A DNA stretch of 62,579 bases, the filler included, from Rhabdomonas costata (taxonomy: Eukaryota), in assembly GCA_019059605.1 (NCBI GenBank). It is 27 parts of 27 records of this genome, joined end to end, with 100 filler letters (N's around TTAATTAATTAA, not from the genome) between each part and the next. Parts side by side here need not be neighbours in the genome. Positions count along the whole stretch, not along the records: positions 37,155 to 39,376 come from JAHMHO010004751.1; positions 39,477 to 41,697 come from JAHMHO010004752.1; positions 41,798 to 44,016 come from JAHMHO010004753.1; positions 44,117 to 46,338 come from JAHMHO010004754.1; positions 46,439 to 48,662 come from JAHMHO010004755.1; positions 48,763 to 50,983 come from JAHMHO010004756.1; 21 more parts are not named here. One strand, given 5' to 3'. This document shows, in pieces, positions 37,186-49,720 of the stretch. Both the position numbers and the translations under genes were made by a program. The notes beneath the pieces are model-generated. The model was not told the origin of the DNA. It worked only from the letters and a program-made list of their open reading frames with translations, and did no database searches. Within the stretch, counting starts at the first letter, position 1; every line of letters begins with the position of its first letter.

Positions 37186-39376
37186 GTCAGCCTGACTATA
37201 CCCAGACGCTTGACTTCAACGTCCAAGACGTGCCGACCCCTGACCTTCTCACTGGGGCATGGTTTCGGGTCCCAAGGTTCGGTCGGTTTGCACAAGTGTG
37301 TATTATTAGCCAGAGAGGCGAGAGATTTTTGTGCGATTTATGTCCCATCTCTTTGTAAGCATCGTTTTTGCCATGCATCTTCCTGATTTTTCTGGTCGGT
37401 GGATACGATTAACTCGTGCCGCATTAAGCAAGGTTACTAGAACACACGGCATCAATGGCGGAGAATAGTTTTTGCGATGATTTCCATCCTTCTTCCACAG
37501 CAGTGCGTCCTTCATAGCCTCTTTTTGTGGTTGTGCGGGAGGGCAGTGGCGCGTGACAACAAAGAACAAATGCTGGTGTAAAAGAGATGGGAATACCCGC
37601 AGTTCAAGCTTTCTGCACCACATCTCTCATGGCCGACCTTTGCCGGTTCACCTTTCGCCGGAAATGTGAATGAGAACGTGTTGGTGGAGGTTGGCGTTAA
37701 CCAAACGAGCGAAATGGGAGCGTGAGCGTAAGAGACAGGAGACGAAACTGGTATCTCTCCTGCTCCCACAGGTCAGTCCTGTGCCTTCGCCAGCTGCCCT
37801 GTGCCTTCGTCGTTTCCTGATATTCTCACGGTTTGTCCGCAGAATCCCTGCACCGCGGTAGATGAGTGCTGCACCGAAGGTTCTTAACTCGCGTTCGTTT
37901 TTTTGTTTCATGTCCTTTTTCCTTTTCAGTGCTCCAGCACCAGCAGCTTCTTGTGGCGGAGGGTGCGTCATCCTTTTTGACCGATAGAACTTTTTTCGGC
38001 AGGTTTTATTTAGTAGTCGTGGGCGTGCTTTCGAAGACCTGACCCACCTTCCGTCCTTTTCACTCTCTGTTCACTCACCGTCTTTGTGTGTCTCAGTGTG
38101 CAACATCACTATCTTCGGGAGCTTTGAGATTCACTCTGAGGTCAATGGCCTGTACATCCCATGCGGGCTGCAGAACTGGCGCCCGGTATACTGCCAGAAC
38201 ACCTCTAAGCTTTTGCTCTGGTTCGGCTCCTTTGGGTGGCGTATATGCCGATCCCAGGACGACCCCGGCTCTTTGGTGTGCAACGGGGATCCTTGCTTGG
38301 CCCAGAGTAGTGGCTTCTCGCCCACTCCTGATCTGCTGACCACCGCGTGGTTTGTTCTGATCGATGAAACTGCTTCTGCTCGGGACGACGAGATGCGATC
38401 AATCTGCTCAGGTGTTTTTTCAGGTTTCCGCACCCGTTGCAGAGGCGGCTTTGGTTTTCGCTTTCAATTTTCCGATGCAATTTGCGTAGCCAGATTTCCC
38501 GCGTCAGCTTCTGCTTTGCTCTCGAAATATTTTCCCCAAGCACACTCTCCCACCTCTACGAGCCAACCGATTGTTGGATGTATTGAGTTGAGGCACGTAG
38601 AATAGAAAGATGTAGGTGAAGCGGCATCGGACAAAAGAACAAATTGAACGCGTTCTGTAGAAACTTGTCAAAACGTGTGAGGTTCTAATGTTAGGAGCTT
38701 TCCCCATTTTTTGATCTGTTGGTTATTGGTTACAATAGACTAAATCACGTCACTGCGGCACAGGCATAGTAATTCTTGCAGCGTAGTTCAGCAACAAACA
38801 GACAATCTACAAAAACCCGATGAGGGCGAAGCCGAAGCAGGCTGGGGTGGGGGGTTCTGTCCCAGATCCTGGTTTTACCCTGCTGAAGTTTCGGTCGACG
38901 TTATCTGTCTGTGATCTCTCTTCGTGGACCGTTCCAAATACCAGCCCGTGCGAGGGGAACTGGCTGGGCGTGTCCTGCGACACCGACCTTCGAGTGGTGG
39001 GCCTTGACCTTTCCGGCAAGAAGTGCTTTGGGTTTCTGAATGAGCACGCGTTCATTCTTCTAGGTCAACTACCTCTCCAAACATTAAACCTCAGCTCGAA
39101 TAGGTTTGAAGGCTTTGAGAGTTTGAAATTTTTGCCCCCAACTCTGAGAAACTTTTCCCTGTCTGCGAATCCGCTTCTCACGGGTAGCCTTGATCTGAGC
39201 GTTCTACCTGCCCAGCTGGAAACCCTAGACCTGAGCCAGTGCAAGTTTTATGGCCCGGTGGACCTCAGTCGTCTCCCAGCCTCGGTGCGTAACCTCAGGC
39301 TTTCTTCGAATATGTTCGTCGGGACCGTGGATTTCTCCCAGCTTCCTTCGGGCCTGCAAACGCTCGACCACCACCC
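37186..39376 (+). CDS. Extracellular LRRNT-LRR surface protein (GP46/PSA-like, plant-type LRR) preceded by a repeated Cys/Trp module
   Basis: Exons 38097-38411 and 38866-contig end join in phase 1. LRRNT LSSWT..SPCEGNWLGVSCD is followed by ~23-aa repeats LxxLxLSxNxFxGxxDxSxLP. An upstream exon near 37186-37281 (boundaries uncertain) shares PTPDLLTxAWF. Confidence 0.8.
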
Positions 39377-39499
39377 NNNNNNNNNNNNNNNNNNNNNNNN
39401 NNNNNNNNNNNNNNNNNNNNTTAATTAATTAANNNNNNNNNNNNNNNNNNNNNNNNNNNNNNNNNNNNNNNNNNNNGGGGTGGGGTGTGGGAAAGGCCC

Positions 39500-41016
39500 C
39501 CGGGTTGGTGTGGTCTCGTGCCCCGTCTTCGGCCGCCCCGACGCCGCCCGGGCCGGTGTGCTGCTGTGTGTGCCTGCGGGCAAGCCCGAGCACGTGGACC
39601 GGGTGGAGCCCTTCCTTAGGCCCTTCGCGAAAAAGGGCATCGTCCGTGTGGGCGAGGTATGGTGTGTGCCCCAAGAGAGGAGAGCGCACTGCGGTCAGAG
39701 ATCTTCCATTCATGGTATCGGAATGCTGCGGTGATCGAGTGCGGTAATGCTTTCAATTTTATTTACGAGGAGCTTCCGTTTGTTACCGAACCCGAGGGAG
39801 AGGGCTCCCAAAAGGTTCTTGAAAGGACTAGTGTTATCTTTCTTTCTGGGTGTAGGCGTCGCGGTGCTGGATGCGCCGACAAACGTCTTTCACATTTACT
39901 ATGCATAATACAAACAAACATGGCCCTGACCTGCTTCGGCGTGGCCCTCTTCTACCGTTTGGCAGTATTTGCCTGTTCTTTCTTCCCTTGTGATGGGAAC
40001 CCGCGACATCATCACCGACCGGTTATTTAGCCTCAGGAACACTCTGTTTTCCCTTTTTCATTTCGATTGCATTCGGAAAATTGCGTTCAAGCGAGGAAAT
40101 ACCTTTACACCGCCCTTAGCGCAACCTTCGGATGGTGGGAACCCGGAGTATGAGTCTCACCGGTGGGCGAGACTTTCCCACAGTCCATGTTCAAGATGTT
40201 TCGGTGGTTTCCTTTTTGTCACCATTCAGGATCCAGGGCAAGCTAATGTCTTGAAGCTTACGGGGAACTTCATGATCGCCAGCTCTATTGAGATGCTCTC
40301 CGAGGCGATGACCTTGGGGGAGAGGAACGGCGTCAGCCGTGACACCTTCATGAGCCTGGTGAAGGCCTTCTTTCCCGTCCCCGTGTTCGAGGGCTACGGG
40401 GGTCGTATTGCCAAAGATGACTTCGCGTATGTGCTCCTTTTCTGTTTCTCCGGCCCTCCCTGTGTATCCACCACCGGTCACTTTGACTTTTCGGTTCCCC
40501 GAGGAAGCGCTGGTGCATCCCCCCCCTCCAACTATATCATGTATATCATTCACTGGTGTCTAAGGATGTCATTGTACGCGTGGCTCGTGGCTCAGTGCTC
40601 AAGTTATTACACTAAGCTGAGTGGTAGTGCTGTAAATCAGAAAATTAGAGCGACGCGTGATGTTGAGGGCAAAACCCGACCGAACCCGGACAGCTTTTGA
40701 CATCAAGCTCAAAAAAGTACTCGGAAAACTTTGTATCTTTGTGGTCTTTCGCCTTGGTGGTGATTATGCGTTCTCTGACTGCAACGCTGCCTTTGTGAAA
40801 TTCTTCAGGGCTGGTGGGGGTTTCACGGTGACCCTGGGTCAGAAAGATGTTGGGCACATGCAGACTCTAGCGCGAGCCTCGGGGACGTACCTCCCCACAG
40901 CAGACCTTGTAATGAGCCACCTGGCGCAAGCGCAGGAGGCCGGCCGAGGGGACTGGGACTGGGCCGCCGTGGCCACCGTTGTTCGGGAGAAGTCCAGCAT
41001 CCCAACGAAGCAGTAG
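39500..41016 (+). CDS. Beta-hydroxyacid dehydrogenase (3-hydroxyisobutyrate DH / 6PGD NAD-binding family), 3' part
   Basis: Exons ~39500-39656, 40230-40426 and 40809-41016 (stop) give SCPVFGRPDAARAG..VGE DPGQANVLKLTGNFMIASSIEMLSEA..GFTVTLGQKDV..GRGDWDWAAV, with the catalytic KLxxN motif. Confidence 0.92.
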
Positions 41017-41633
41017 CCGTGGGCTCGAGTGGCTGAGTGGCTGTTGACTTATGTACAACAATTTTCAAACCCTTCAAACTTGGACTTTTCGATAGTCAAG
41101 ACAGCTTTTTTCAGAGCTCTCGCGGTGTGGATCCATTTTCGGATGGTTTTTTTTTGCGGTTCATATACCTGCACAACTGGTGTGTGATAGTGGTGTGATT
41201 TCACATCACTCTCCTGGGCCTGGCGGTCGTTTGATTTTTTTTTACAAGTTTCCAGATTTGTTGTCTCCATGAGGTGGTTGTCTTTGACGAACCGCTTACT
41301 GTGAGCTCAGGACCGGCGATTGACCGGCCGAGCGAGGAGGTGAGCATGTGTCAGCATTGCCTTTGTTTTTTGCAACCCAGCTATTTTCAGGCTGAACACT
41401 GAAACTGGACTCTATTCATATATCATTGCGACCCGCCAGTTTTTGAAGTCACATAGGTGACAGTCACCGCCTTTCTGCGATTGTCCCAGCCAATAGGAAT
41501 TGCGCTGGCGTTCGAACGTGCTGTACGAACGAACAAATATTTTTCAATTTGTAGCTGACGTTTTTACTATCATTGTGCTCAGCTCTGGTTTTTTCCCGAG
41601 TTTTTGGAACTCCGCGGTAATCCACGAGCAAAA

Positions 41634-41697
41634 ATGGCTGATACGGTGATGGCCGATCCGGTGGAGGCTCCGGCGAGCGCTGCGGCCCCTGCGGAGG
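41634..41697 (+). CDS. Probable 5' start of an unidentified gene (MADTVMADPVEAPASAAAPAE)
   Basis: AAAATGG start after a T-rich upstream tract, with GC-rich codons running into the contig end. Confidence 0.4.
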
Positions 41698-43485
41698 NNN
41701 NNNNNNNNNNNNNNNNNNNNNNNNNNNNNNNNNNNNNNNNNTTAATTAATTAANNNNNNNNNNNNNNNNNNNNNNNNNNNNNNNNNNNNNNNNNNNNTTT
41801 GTGTTTTTGCCTCCGGCCGCCTTGCGCATTGTTTTCGGGCGGCCGGAAAGCTGTTGCACCCTCGAAGCTTCGTCTTTCCGGCTTCTGTATGTGTTATCCC
41901 CGTTGCTGTGGTGGGCTTTGGTCTTTTCTCGCCGCCCGCGCCTTGGCGCGAGACCTGCGGTCTCCACCCCTTTTTTGCCCCCAAGCGCCCTGTTCTGCCC
42001 TCCCGCGCGACTCCTGATGCCTGTTTCCTTCGTTTGCCCGCGCGCCTTTCCTAGAAGCCTCCATCTCTTAGATTCGGGCTTTTTGTGCATCGGCTGTGCT
42101 TCAGCATTTTTGCTCCTTTTGGCCGTTTGTCCTTGCGGGCATGAACCCCGCCGAACAAGGACCTTGATATTAGATACCAGTTTGGTCCAGAACTCCTGAA
42201 TTGCAACGTCGGTATTTCCCAACAGCCTCAGTTAGTTCATGTGTTTATCAAAAGGAAGGGTCCGCGCGATTGCGCCCCGAAAGAATTGAGGCAAATTCGA
42301 ATGAAAAAACATACCGTCCAAACCATGTGGAAAAAGGTTAAGGTCAAAACATTTGAAATCAGGTGGGAACAGACAGTGATCCCGGCAAAATGGAAGAAGG
42401 CAAAAAAGAGCAAAGGCGCACATTCGAAATGGCTTTGAGCCCGGGCAAAAAAAAACAAGCAAAAAAGCAAGCGCGGGCCACTAAAACCAAAAAAACGCCA
42501 GCCGGGAAATACAAGCGCGCTCACGGACGCAAAACATAAAGGAAACGCCGCACACGGACAAGCGCAGCAATGCATGTCGTGTTTTGTGGCGCGGCCGCGC
42601 CGGAAGGCAGAAAGAAGTAACAAAGAACACCTCGAAATCCTTGGGCAGATTTTGTCGTGAGCCGTTTTGGCTCTCCCTCATTCGATGGGTTTGTCCCGTT
42701 TGTGTTTTTCAGAAGCGGTAGTTTTTGGAAAGAATCGAGGCCACTTTCCATGCGCGCCCGCGGCCAATTCTTGTTAAAGGTGGGCTTTTCGGGTGCTTTT
42801 GCGCACACCTTTTGGCGGGAAACCAACCATAAACCGGCCAATCTGATGTTTGCACCGGCTTACCGCGGACAAGTTGGTACGGCAATATCGTCGTTTCCGA
42901 AAGCCGGCAGCAAGCAATCACCGAGAAAGCGCTAAACGTGGGCGGTAAAGGTTCATAGTCTTAGTGCCGCGGCGTTTTGGCACAGAGAATGGACAGGGCA
43001 CACGGGGCGGACCGCGGAGCGAAAAGGGGAGGGAAGGGAAGGGAAGAAAAGGGAGCGAAAAGCGCTCGCCCCGCGCTATGCACAACATTTCCAGCGAAGC
43101 ATCGGGCTGGTTAGAACCAAGCTCAAACTTGACCACAATTTTGGGCAACCATACATCCCCATTACGAATGGGACAAGGAAATGTCCGATCGAAGGTTGGG
43201 ATTGGGTTTCCAGGGCGTGCTCTTACATCGGCCGTTCCCATCGAAAGCCTGCTTTTGTGAGCTTTTGTGCTCCTGTACCAGTTTCTCTTTCGTCCTTTGG
43301 GTTCACGCAGTGTGAGCTTTCTTGCGTGCTTTCGTTGCTCTTTGGCATGCGAGCTTTTTGGTGTCCGCGATGATAAGATTCTCCCGGCTGACATTTGATG
43401 CTCAGGACTGTGTGCACCTGGGCAATAAGAAAAGGGAAGTCTTTGCTCCTTGGACTGCTCCCTGAAAATAAATAAAAAGCGAACA

Positions 43486-44016
43486 TCAACGCAATGCGTA
43501 CATGTTCACAGGGTAAAGGTCCTCAGGCCAGTTTTGTTGCTGCTGGAAGTGCACCAGCTGCAACCCACTCCGGCGAAAAAGGCTGCGGTATTGCCGGTCA
43601 CACCTGAGAGGAGGGGTAGGGCGTACAAAACTCATTGCTCCTTTCGACCTCACCATTTTGCTGTCGCAAGAAACATGCTTCTGGTTTCGGCAGGCTGCAG
43701 TGGAGTTACAATGGGCTTAAAGATGCGGATGTTTGGTGAAATTGCTTGCGAGAATTTGTTGTTCATGGATGCTACAGCGATAAAGACCGAGAAGAGCCTA
43801 TGCGTGCGGATCACTTCAAGCGAAAATGCTTGACGCATCAACGAAAGCGATTTCCATACAGCCACCTCACCGCCAAAAAGGTGGCGCACCTCATAATGCT
43901 GTTATCCACTTTGTCAACATGAAAGGTGGAGTCGCGGGTGACGTTCTCCTTTACCAGAATGAAGCCATTCTCACACAGGCCCGCCTTACATCTCTTCAGG
44001 GTCTGCACCACCACCC
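43486..44016 (-). CDS. NTMT1: Alpha-N-terminal protein methyltransferase 1, last two exons
   Basis: Exons contig end-43890 and 43603-43486 (GT-AG) give TLKRCKAGLCENGFILVKENVTRDSTFHVDKVDNSIMR CDRQYRSLFRRSGLQLVHFQQQQNWPEDLYPVNMYALR*, the NTMT1/Tae1 C-terminus. Absent from the ORF track. Confidence 0.9.
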
Positions 44017-44937
44017 NNNNNNNNNNNNNNNNNNNNNNNNNNNNNNNNNNNNNNNNNNNNTTAATTAATTAANNNNNNNNNNNNNNNNNNNNNNNNNNNN
44101 NNNNNNNNNNNNNNNNTGGTGTGGGTCACATGGTGGGAAGAAGTCAAAGCTCAGCCTTAGCTCTGACTTCTTCCCACCATGTGACCCTCTTCCTCCTCCT
44201 CGCTTCATCACACAACACCCTGCCCTCCACCGCTTTGGTGGTCCGTGCCTTCCTTCCATCGGCCCTTGCGTTGTGTTCCTTCCACAAGGGGTGTGTGGGT
44301 TACCCTCGCCGAAAACCCCCCCGGTCAGGGCGGATGAGGGGTGCCTGCGCTTCCTACTGTGCTTTTTGGACCATCCCGCGTTGTTTGCCGCCCGCCCTTT
44401 CTTCAGGAAAGGACGTGCGGTAGCTTTCCTCGCTCCCCTTCCCCTCCCTACGGTGCCAGTATTCACTGGAATGCAGCAAACCTGACTTTCTGGGTTTTTT
44501 GAGGCCCGCAGCTTTTCCCGAAGACAAAATTTGGATGGGCTCCACGTCAGGTTTATCATCCGGGTTCACGGCAAGGCGAGGATGAATTGTCCGCCTTGCT
44601 TCAGCTACTCCAGTTTTACCACACGTTTGGGTATGTGCCACCTTTGTTCTCGAGAACTGCGGGACCGATTTAGATCTGAACGGTTGTTTCATTGGCTGCT
44701 ACCCATTCCTCACCTCGTCTGCAACTGTCTGTGCCTGGTTTGTGTGCGGTTCTTCTGTGGGCAAAGAACTCCGAAACAGTAACAGCAGTAATGATGACGC
44801 ACCCTTGTGCTCGATTCCTCTCCCACGTGCATATCACTGGTATTTCGTTATACCTTTCTTTCGAACGTCAGTACTTTTGTGCTCTGATTGAACAACAAAC
44901 CCTCTCTTTTTGTTTTTTTTCTACTTTAATTGTAAAA

Positions 44938-45828
44938 ATGGTGCTAGACGCGACGTCAGCACTAGCGCCTTTCCTGGAGCAGCTGCTCCAGAGACCTCTC
45001 AGTGACGAGGAGACCACCCTGCTGGAGGCCCTGTCTCCGGAAGGGGTGGCGAAGGTCAACGTTGATATGGGCCGAGGTCCACCTTTCCTGCTCTCCCTTT
45101 CCTCATGTTGGCTGCCGCAGCACTGCCGACCTTGACCGTATTGTACGCTGGTATTGCTCCTTGGTTGGACAGCTGCCATCATACAAAAAATGGCGGTCGC
45201 AAAGCAATATCAGGGGTGTCTCCACTTTTTCCTCCTTTTTCTTTTGGTGGTACACCGGTCCGGTCCCAGCTCGTCTTTGTTCGTTGTTTGTTGTTTGCCT
45301 GCGTGTTGTTCCGCGAAGTGGGATGTCGACTGTGGCAGTTGGGCCACGCCCCCCCCCCCTCCCTTGGACGTGGCGAAGGTCAGTGGACCTAGCCCCATTG
45401 GCATCTCTCTGTGCTTGTGCCTGTGTCGATGCTTTGTTTTTTCATCCGTAGATCCAGTTGCAACAGTTGCATCAGCACAGCTGCCTTCGGTCAAGCGTAT
45501 CAGAAGCTAATCGCCGTGACTTTTTTCACTTCTGCGTGCACCCGCGCATAAGAAGCACTCATCATTCCTCTTTCCTTTCTCGGTCATTCACCAACATCGG
45601 TGTGGGGCCGACAAAAAAGGGGTGGACATCTCCAAGACGCTGGAGCAGCTTCGGACCGCCCACCGTCATCTGAAGCAGAGGCGGGCCACCCTGGAGGCCC
45701 AGCTGTGTTCCAAGGGGAGGTCTGTGGTGGGGCTGTTGTCGAGGCCCCCGACGACGGATGAGCTGGCTCTGTTGGTGGAAACGCCCGTTGAGGAGGTGCT
45801 GAAGAAGCTCCAGGATCGCTTTGCCGCG
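44938..45828 (+). CDS. Hypothetical helical protein, 5' exons
   Basis: MVLDATSALAPFLEQLLQRPLSDEETTLLEALSPEGVAK|GT (44938-45054) and VDISKTLEQLR..RPPTTDELALLVETPVEEVLKKLQDRFAA|GTAAGC (45620-45828). The two share an LLxRPxxxxExxLL repeat. The middle exon is unresolved. Confidence 0.5.
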
Positions 45829-46765
45829 GTAAGCGTTCGTGCTGGGATTGTCTAGAAATGCGTGTGCGGAAATTTGCAACTTCAGCAGGTTGGATGTTAA
45901 TCGGCGAAATCGGCAAAAACGGGACTCCCAAGAACACTCGCATTAGGACCCACCTATCAACAGGGAGTGTGCACGCACTGGGGCCCGCGTAGAGAGGGCG
46001 ATGCGCACATCTCCGGAAGGGCACATCTGTGACTTTGTTATTATATGGTCACGTCGTCCGGCACGGCAGTTTCAGCACTCGTGGACGCTCAGCTGCGGCG
46101 TTGACATCTCCTCATTACCTTATCCTGTCAACTAAGGCTGCAGCTTTCGCAAGTACACAGATACAACCATACCCCACCCCCCGTGATGCGGCCGACCGTC
46201 CCGAGCCACCCAATAGACTTCGGTCCTTTTCGGAGAGAGTCCAGCGCAGAAACATGCACAGACAGATCGAGGAGAGCAAGGCGCACCAATCCATCACCGA
46301 GTTTCTGTGGAGCAGATGTTTTTTAAGATAAGTGAGACNNNNNNNNNNNNNNNNNNNNNNNNNNNNNNNNNNNNNNNNNNNNTTAATTAATTAANNNNNN
46401 NNNNNNNNNNNNNNNNNNNNNNNNNNNNNNNNNNNNNNGCTGTCTTCTTGGAAGTGGAGATTACCGTTCTACTGCTGGCGGTCACACACACATGTGGGCA
46501 AGACTGCCTTTTTCTGGAGATAAAAAAACACAATTACCTCAACAGGTAATTTTCAAAAAGCAACCAAAGAGCAACACACAATCACGCACACACGCTCAAG
46601 CACCACGTGCACAGCAACATCTATGTGGAGAAATACGGGACCAAGATTGCGCTTTTTCTCAGTGGATGGTATGTATGTGAAATGTTTGTCCCCTGGAATG
46701 CACACATGCCACTTGCATCATCAGACGAACACACCAGCATTCTATCGATGTACATCCATGCTCAG

Positions 46766-48402
46766 GGTACCTGCCAGCCCTGTACCGGGGGCCTGGTGTA
46801 CAGCGAAAGCCCTGCCGGGGGGCGGTGCGGACCTCCTGCACCCTCGATGTGGTGGGTCGCTCTGGTCACCGCGTTGCCCGTGGGGTTCGCCGTGCTGTTG
46901 CTGACCGCACTTGGGGTGGCCCTTGTGAGGAGGCTGGCAACGCGGCGGAGACTGCTACAGGCCGTGCCGCAAGGCGAGCTGGCGTTTGTGTTCACAGGTG
47001 TTTGCACTGTCAAACGCTCAGTTGCAAAACGAAGCATATCTCCATCAATCGTTGAGAGGCCCCGTCCTCACCTTTCTTTTTTTGAATGGTTCTCACTCGT
47101 ATGCTTTGATCAGAAGACGAAACGACGTGCTGGCAGAGGTCCTTCAAAAATTCATGCATTACTGGCATTCTGTGCTTGTCTGCATAGGATTCTCGGTTCC
47201 AATTGCAAAGCAGCATTACCTACATTAGCCCGGTGGATTGTCTCCGCTCCAGTCGCGCCGCGGCGATTACAAACGGGCTGTTTCCACTTTGCATATGTCA
47301 AGCACTCACCTGTTATTTCAAATCCTCTGCTCCTTTACTTCCTATTTTTTTCTACTCTGGGGGAACAAACGCCACGCCAGCTGCGGCTTAAGAACGATAC
47401 TCGGAAAGCAAGGGTGTGGGTGTGGGTGTGCGCGCCAAATGTGAGCCTTTCCAGTAGCTGTGACTGTAAAAAGCATGTTCATATCCACCACCATCAACTT
47501 CCATTTGTTACTTGTTTCCCACGCCTCGGTCTGGCTAGTTTCCTTTTTGCTCTGTTTTACAATGTCTTGCTCGCTCTTTGCGTCGTGGCGGTCTCATCTG
47601 TCCTTTTCTTTCCCTCTTTTTGTTCGCCCGTGTGCCGGCCCACCCCAGATATCCAGAACTCGACTCACTTGTGGGAAAGCTACCCAGAGATGTCTCGGGC
47701 CTTGGAGGTCCACAACACCGTTGTGCGGGAGCTGATCTATCGCTTTGGTACGTGCAACTGAGCCCCTCCCTCATTCAGCTCAGCAATCGCTGGTTCTAGT
47801 AGAAACTATGAGGAATTGTGCCGAGAACGTTTTGCAGATGCCTACGAACCCATGCTCCACGAGCCAAGTGAACTTCGTTGAAACCTGTACAAATGTGCAA
47901 GAACGGCCTGAATTGCTTTCTGACCACAGCCTATTACTAACCGCCACGAACAAATACCATGCCCAAATCTCTGTCTTTCACCACCTTACTGGCGCGGGCT
48001 CTTCATTTGGGCTGCGTTCCCTGTCCCTTTCAACCTCCTTTACGCATCACCGTTGTGTTCGGGTGCACGAGCAGCTGACCCGCCTCTGATTTTTTTGATT
48101 CCTGAGCACGGCGTGTTCACAACCTTCTTGACGCATACCATCCCCATAAAGGGGGGTACGAGGTGAAAACCATCGGCGACAGCTTCTTCGTTGCCTTCCC
48201 GGACGTCCCCAGTGCGGTGCGGTTCGCTCTGCAGCTGCAGCTGGAGATGATGACCGCGGATTGGCCGGAGAGTCTGCTGGGGCTCCCGGACGGGCTGCAG
48301 GAGCTGAGCCCCACGGGGGGCCTGATGTGGCGTGGGCTGAGGGTGAGGGTGGGAATTCATCTGGGGGTGGCCAAGGTTGAGGTCGACTACAACACGCTGA
48401 AG
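46766..48402 (+). CDS. Receptor-type (single-TM) class III adenylate cyclase, euglenozoan type (3 exons)
   Basis: Exons 46766-46997, 47649-47747 and 48152-48402 give a Cys-rich ectodomain end, a TM helix (WWVALVTALPVGFAVLLLTALGVALV), then AFVFTDIQNSTHLWE..HNTVVRELI..GYEVKTIGDSFFVAF..WRGLRVRVGIHLG. Confidence 0.93.
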
Positions 48403-48992
48403 GTCAGTCCTTTGCGCCCCTCACAACCCAAAAACTGCCTGATCGCTGTGGTTGAACGACAACCCTGGTCGACATATGACAGGACACTATGCGCGATGGC
48501 TGCAAAGAACAGGAACTTTTTCAGTAAAAATGTTGAAAATTGAATACAGCCCGGGGACCGATGGAAATTGTGCGGGTGGGAGTGGTTACGGTTACCACTG
48601 GTAACAGAAAACTCCCTCGAAACACCCACGAAATGAAAAATTTGTGTAAGGGGGTAAGCTTTNNNNNNNNNNNNNNNNNNNNNNNNNNNNNNNNNNNNNN
48701 NNNNNNTTAATTAATTAANNNNNNNNNNNNNNNNNNNNNNNNNNNNNNNNNNNNNNNNNNNNTGGTTTGGGTGGTAGTGCCCGCTTGCCCCGAGCGCTCC
48801 GCATGGAGGAAACATTTCAATCTTTCCTGATTCACTCCGCTTCGCTGTTTTTACAGCTTGAGAAGCAGCAGCGGGCGGCAAAGCAGTTGACGGACAGACT
48901 CGTGCAGAGATTAATAGTAACGGGTGGCCTGGCTGGGGGCCGGCATAAAAGCTGCACCCTTTGCCGTTGTGCCGGTCAGGATGAGCCAGTGA

Positions 48993-49720
48993 GTGTGGGG
49001 AAAGGACCCCGAATTTCCCAAATACAACGGGAACGCAGCTAATTTTCTCCATTGGTTGGTGGTGGTGGTGGTGGCAGAGCTGGAAGACTTTCATGGGGTC
49101 CCAGATCAAATTGCCATTGTGTATGCGATGGGCGAGCTCGGTCCGTTTGCAAGGAGAATTATCGCTCCAGACCAGAATTTTGCAAATTGGGCGGATTTTA
49201 CTAAAAAATTTTATGATGCGGTTTTGCCCTTCGACGTGGGACTACCATGTTGTAGAACTTGCGAATGAAGAATGGTGTTTTCAATATTATCACCAGCAGT
49301 TTGTGAAATTTAGGACTTTTGAATGGTATGAGATTTGGCTGTGACGCGCAGCTGCAGTACTTGTTTGTGAGTGGATTGGGGGGGTCATCCAGGCAAAGGT
49401 GAGGGCTGATGATCCTTAATCTTTGGAAGAAGCAATTAAAAAAGCTTGGGAATATTATCGCAAGCCGAGACCCCCTCCACAAGTGATTGTAGCAGTTCCA
49501 GAAGCATCGCTTAGAAAGCCCGTCGCAGCTGAGGGAACAGGAGTGGAGTTGGATGCAATGATGTATGGTTATACCCATTCTCAGGAAGCAAACAGTCAGC
49601 TCCGAAGTTATTGTACGATTCAGTGAGAAGCTCAGTGATTCCTGGAATTCCAAATCGTTTTAGGCAATGCCAACAACTGGACCACAGTTAGCGACGACTG
49701 TTCCCGCGCAATCAGTGATG
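48993..49720 (+). mobile_element. Decayed Ty3/Gypsy-type retrotransposon gag (frameshifts and stops)
   Basis: PEFPKYNGNAANFLHWL..NWADFTKKF..YHQQF..YLFVSGL..SLEEAIKKA..GVELDAM and a degenerate CxxCxxxxHxxxxC knuckle near 49660-49700, spread over several frames. No introns. Confidence 0.7.

Noticed and set aside
46607-47761. 384-aa ORF
   Set aside because: It reads through a 651-nt stop-free in-frame intron (46998-47648); only the flanking exons are cyclase sequence.
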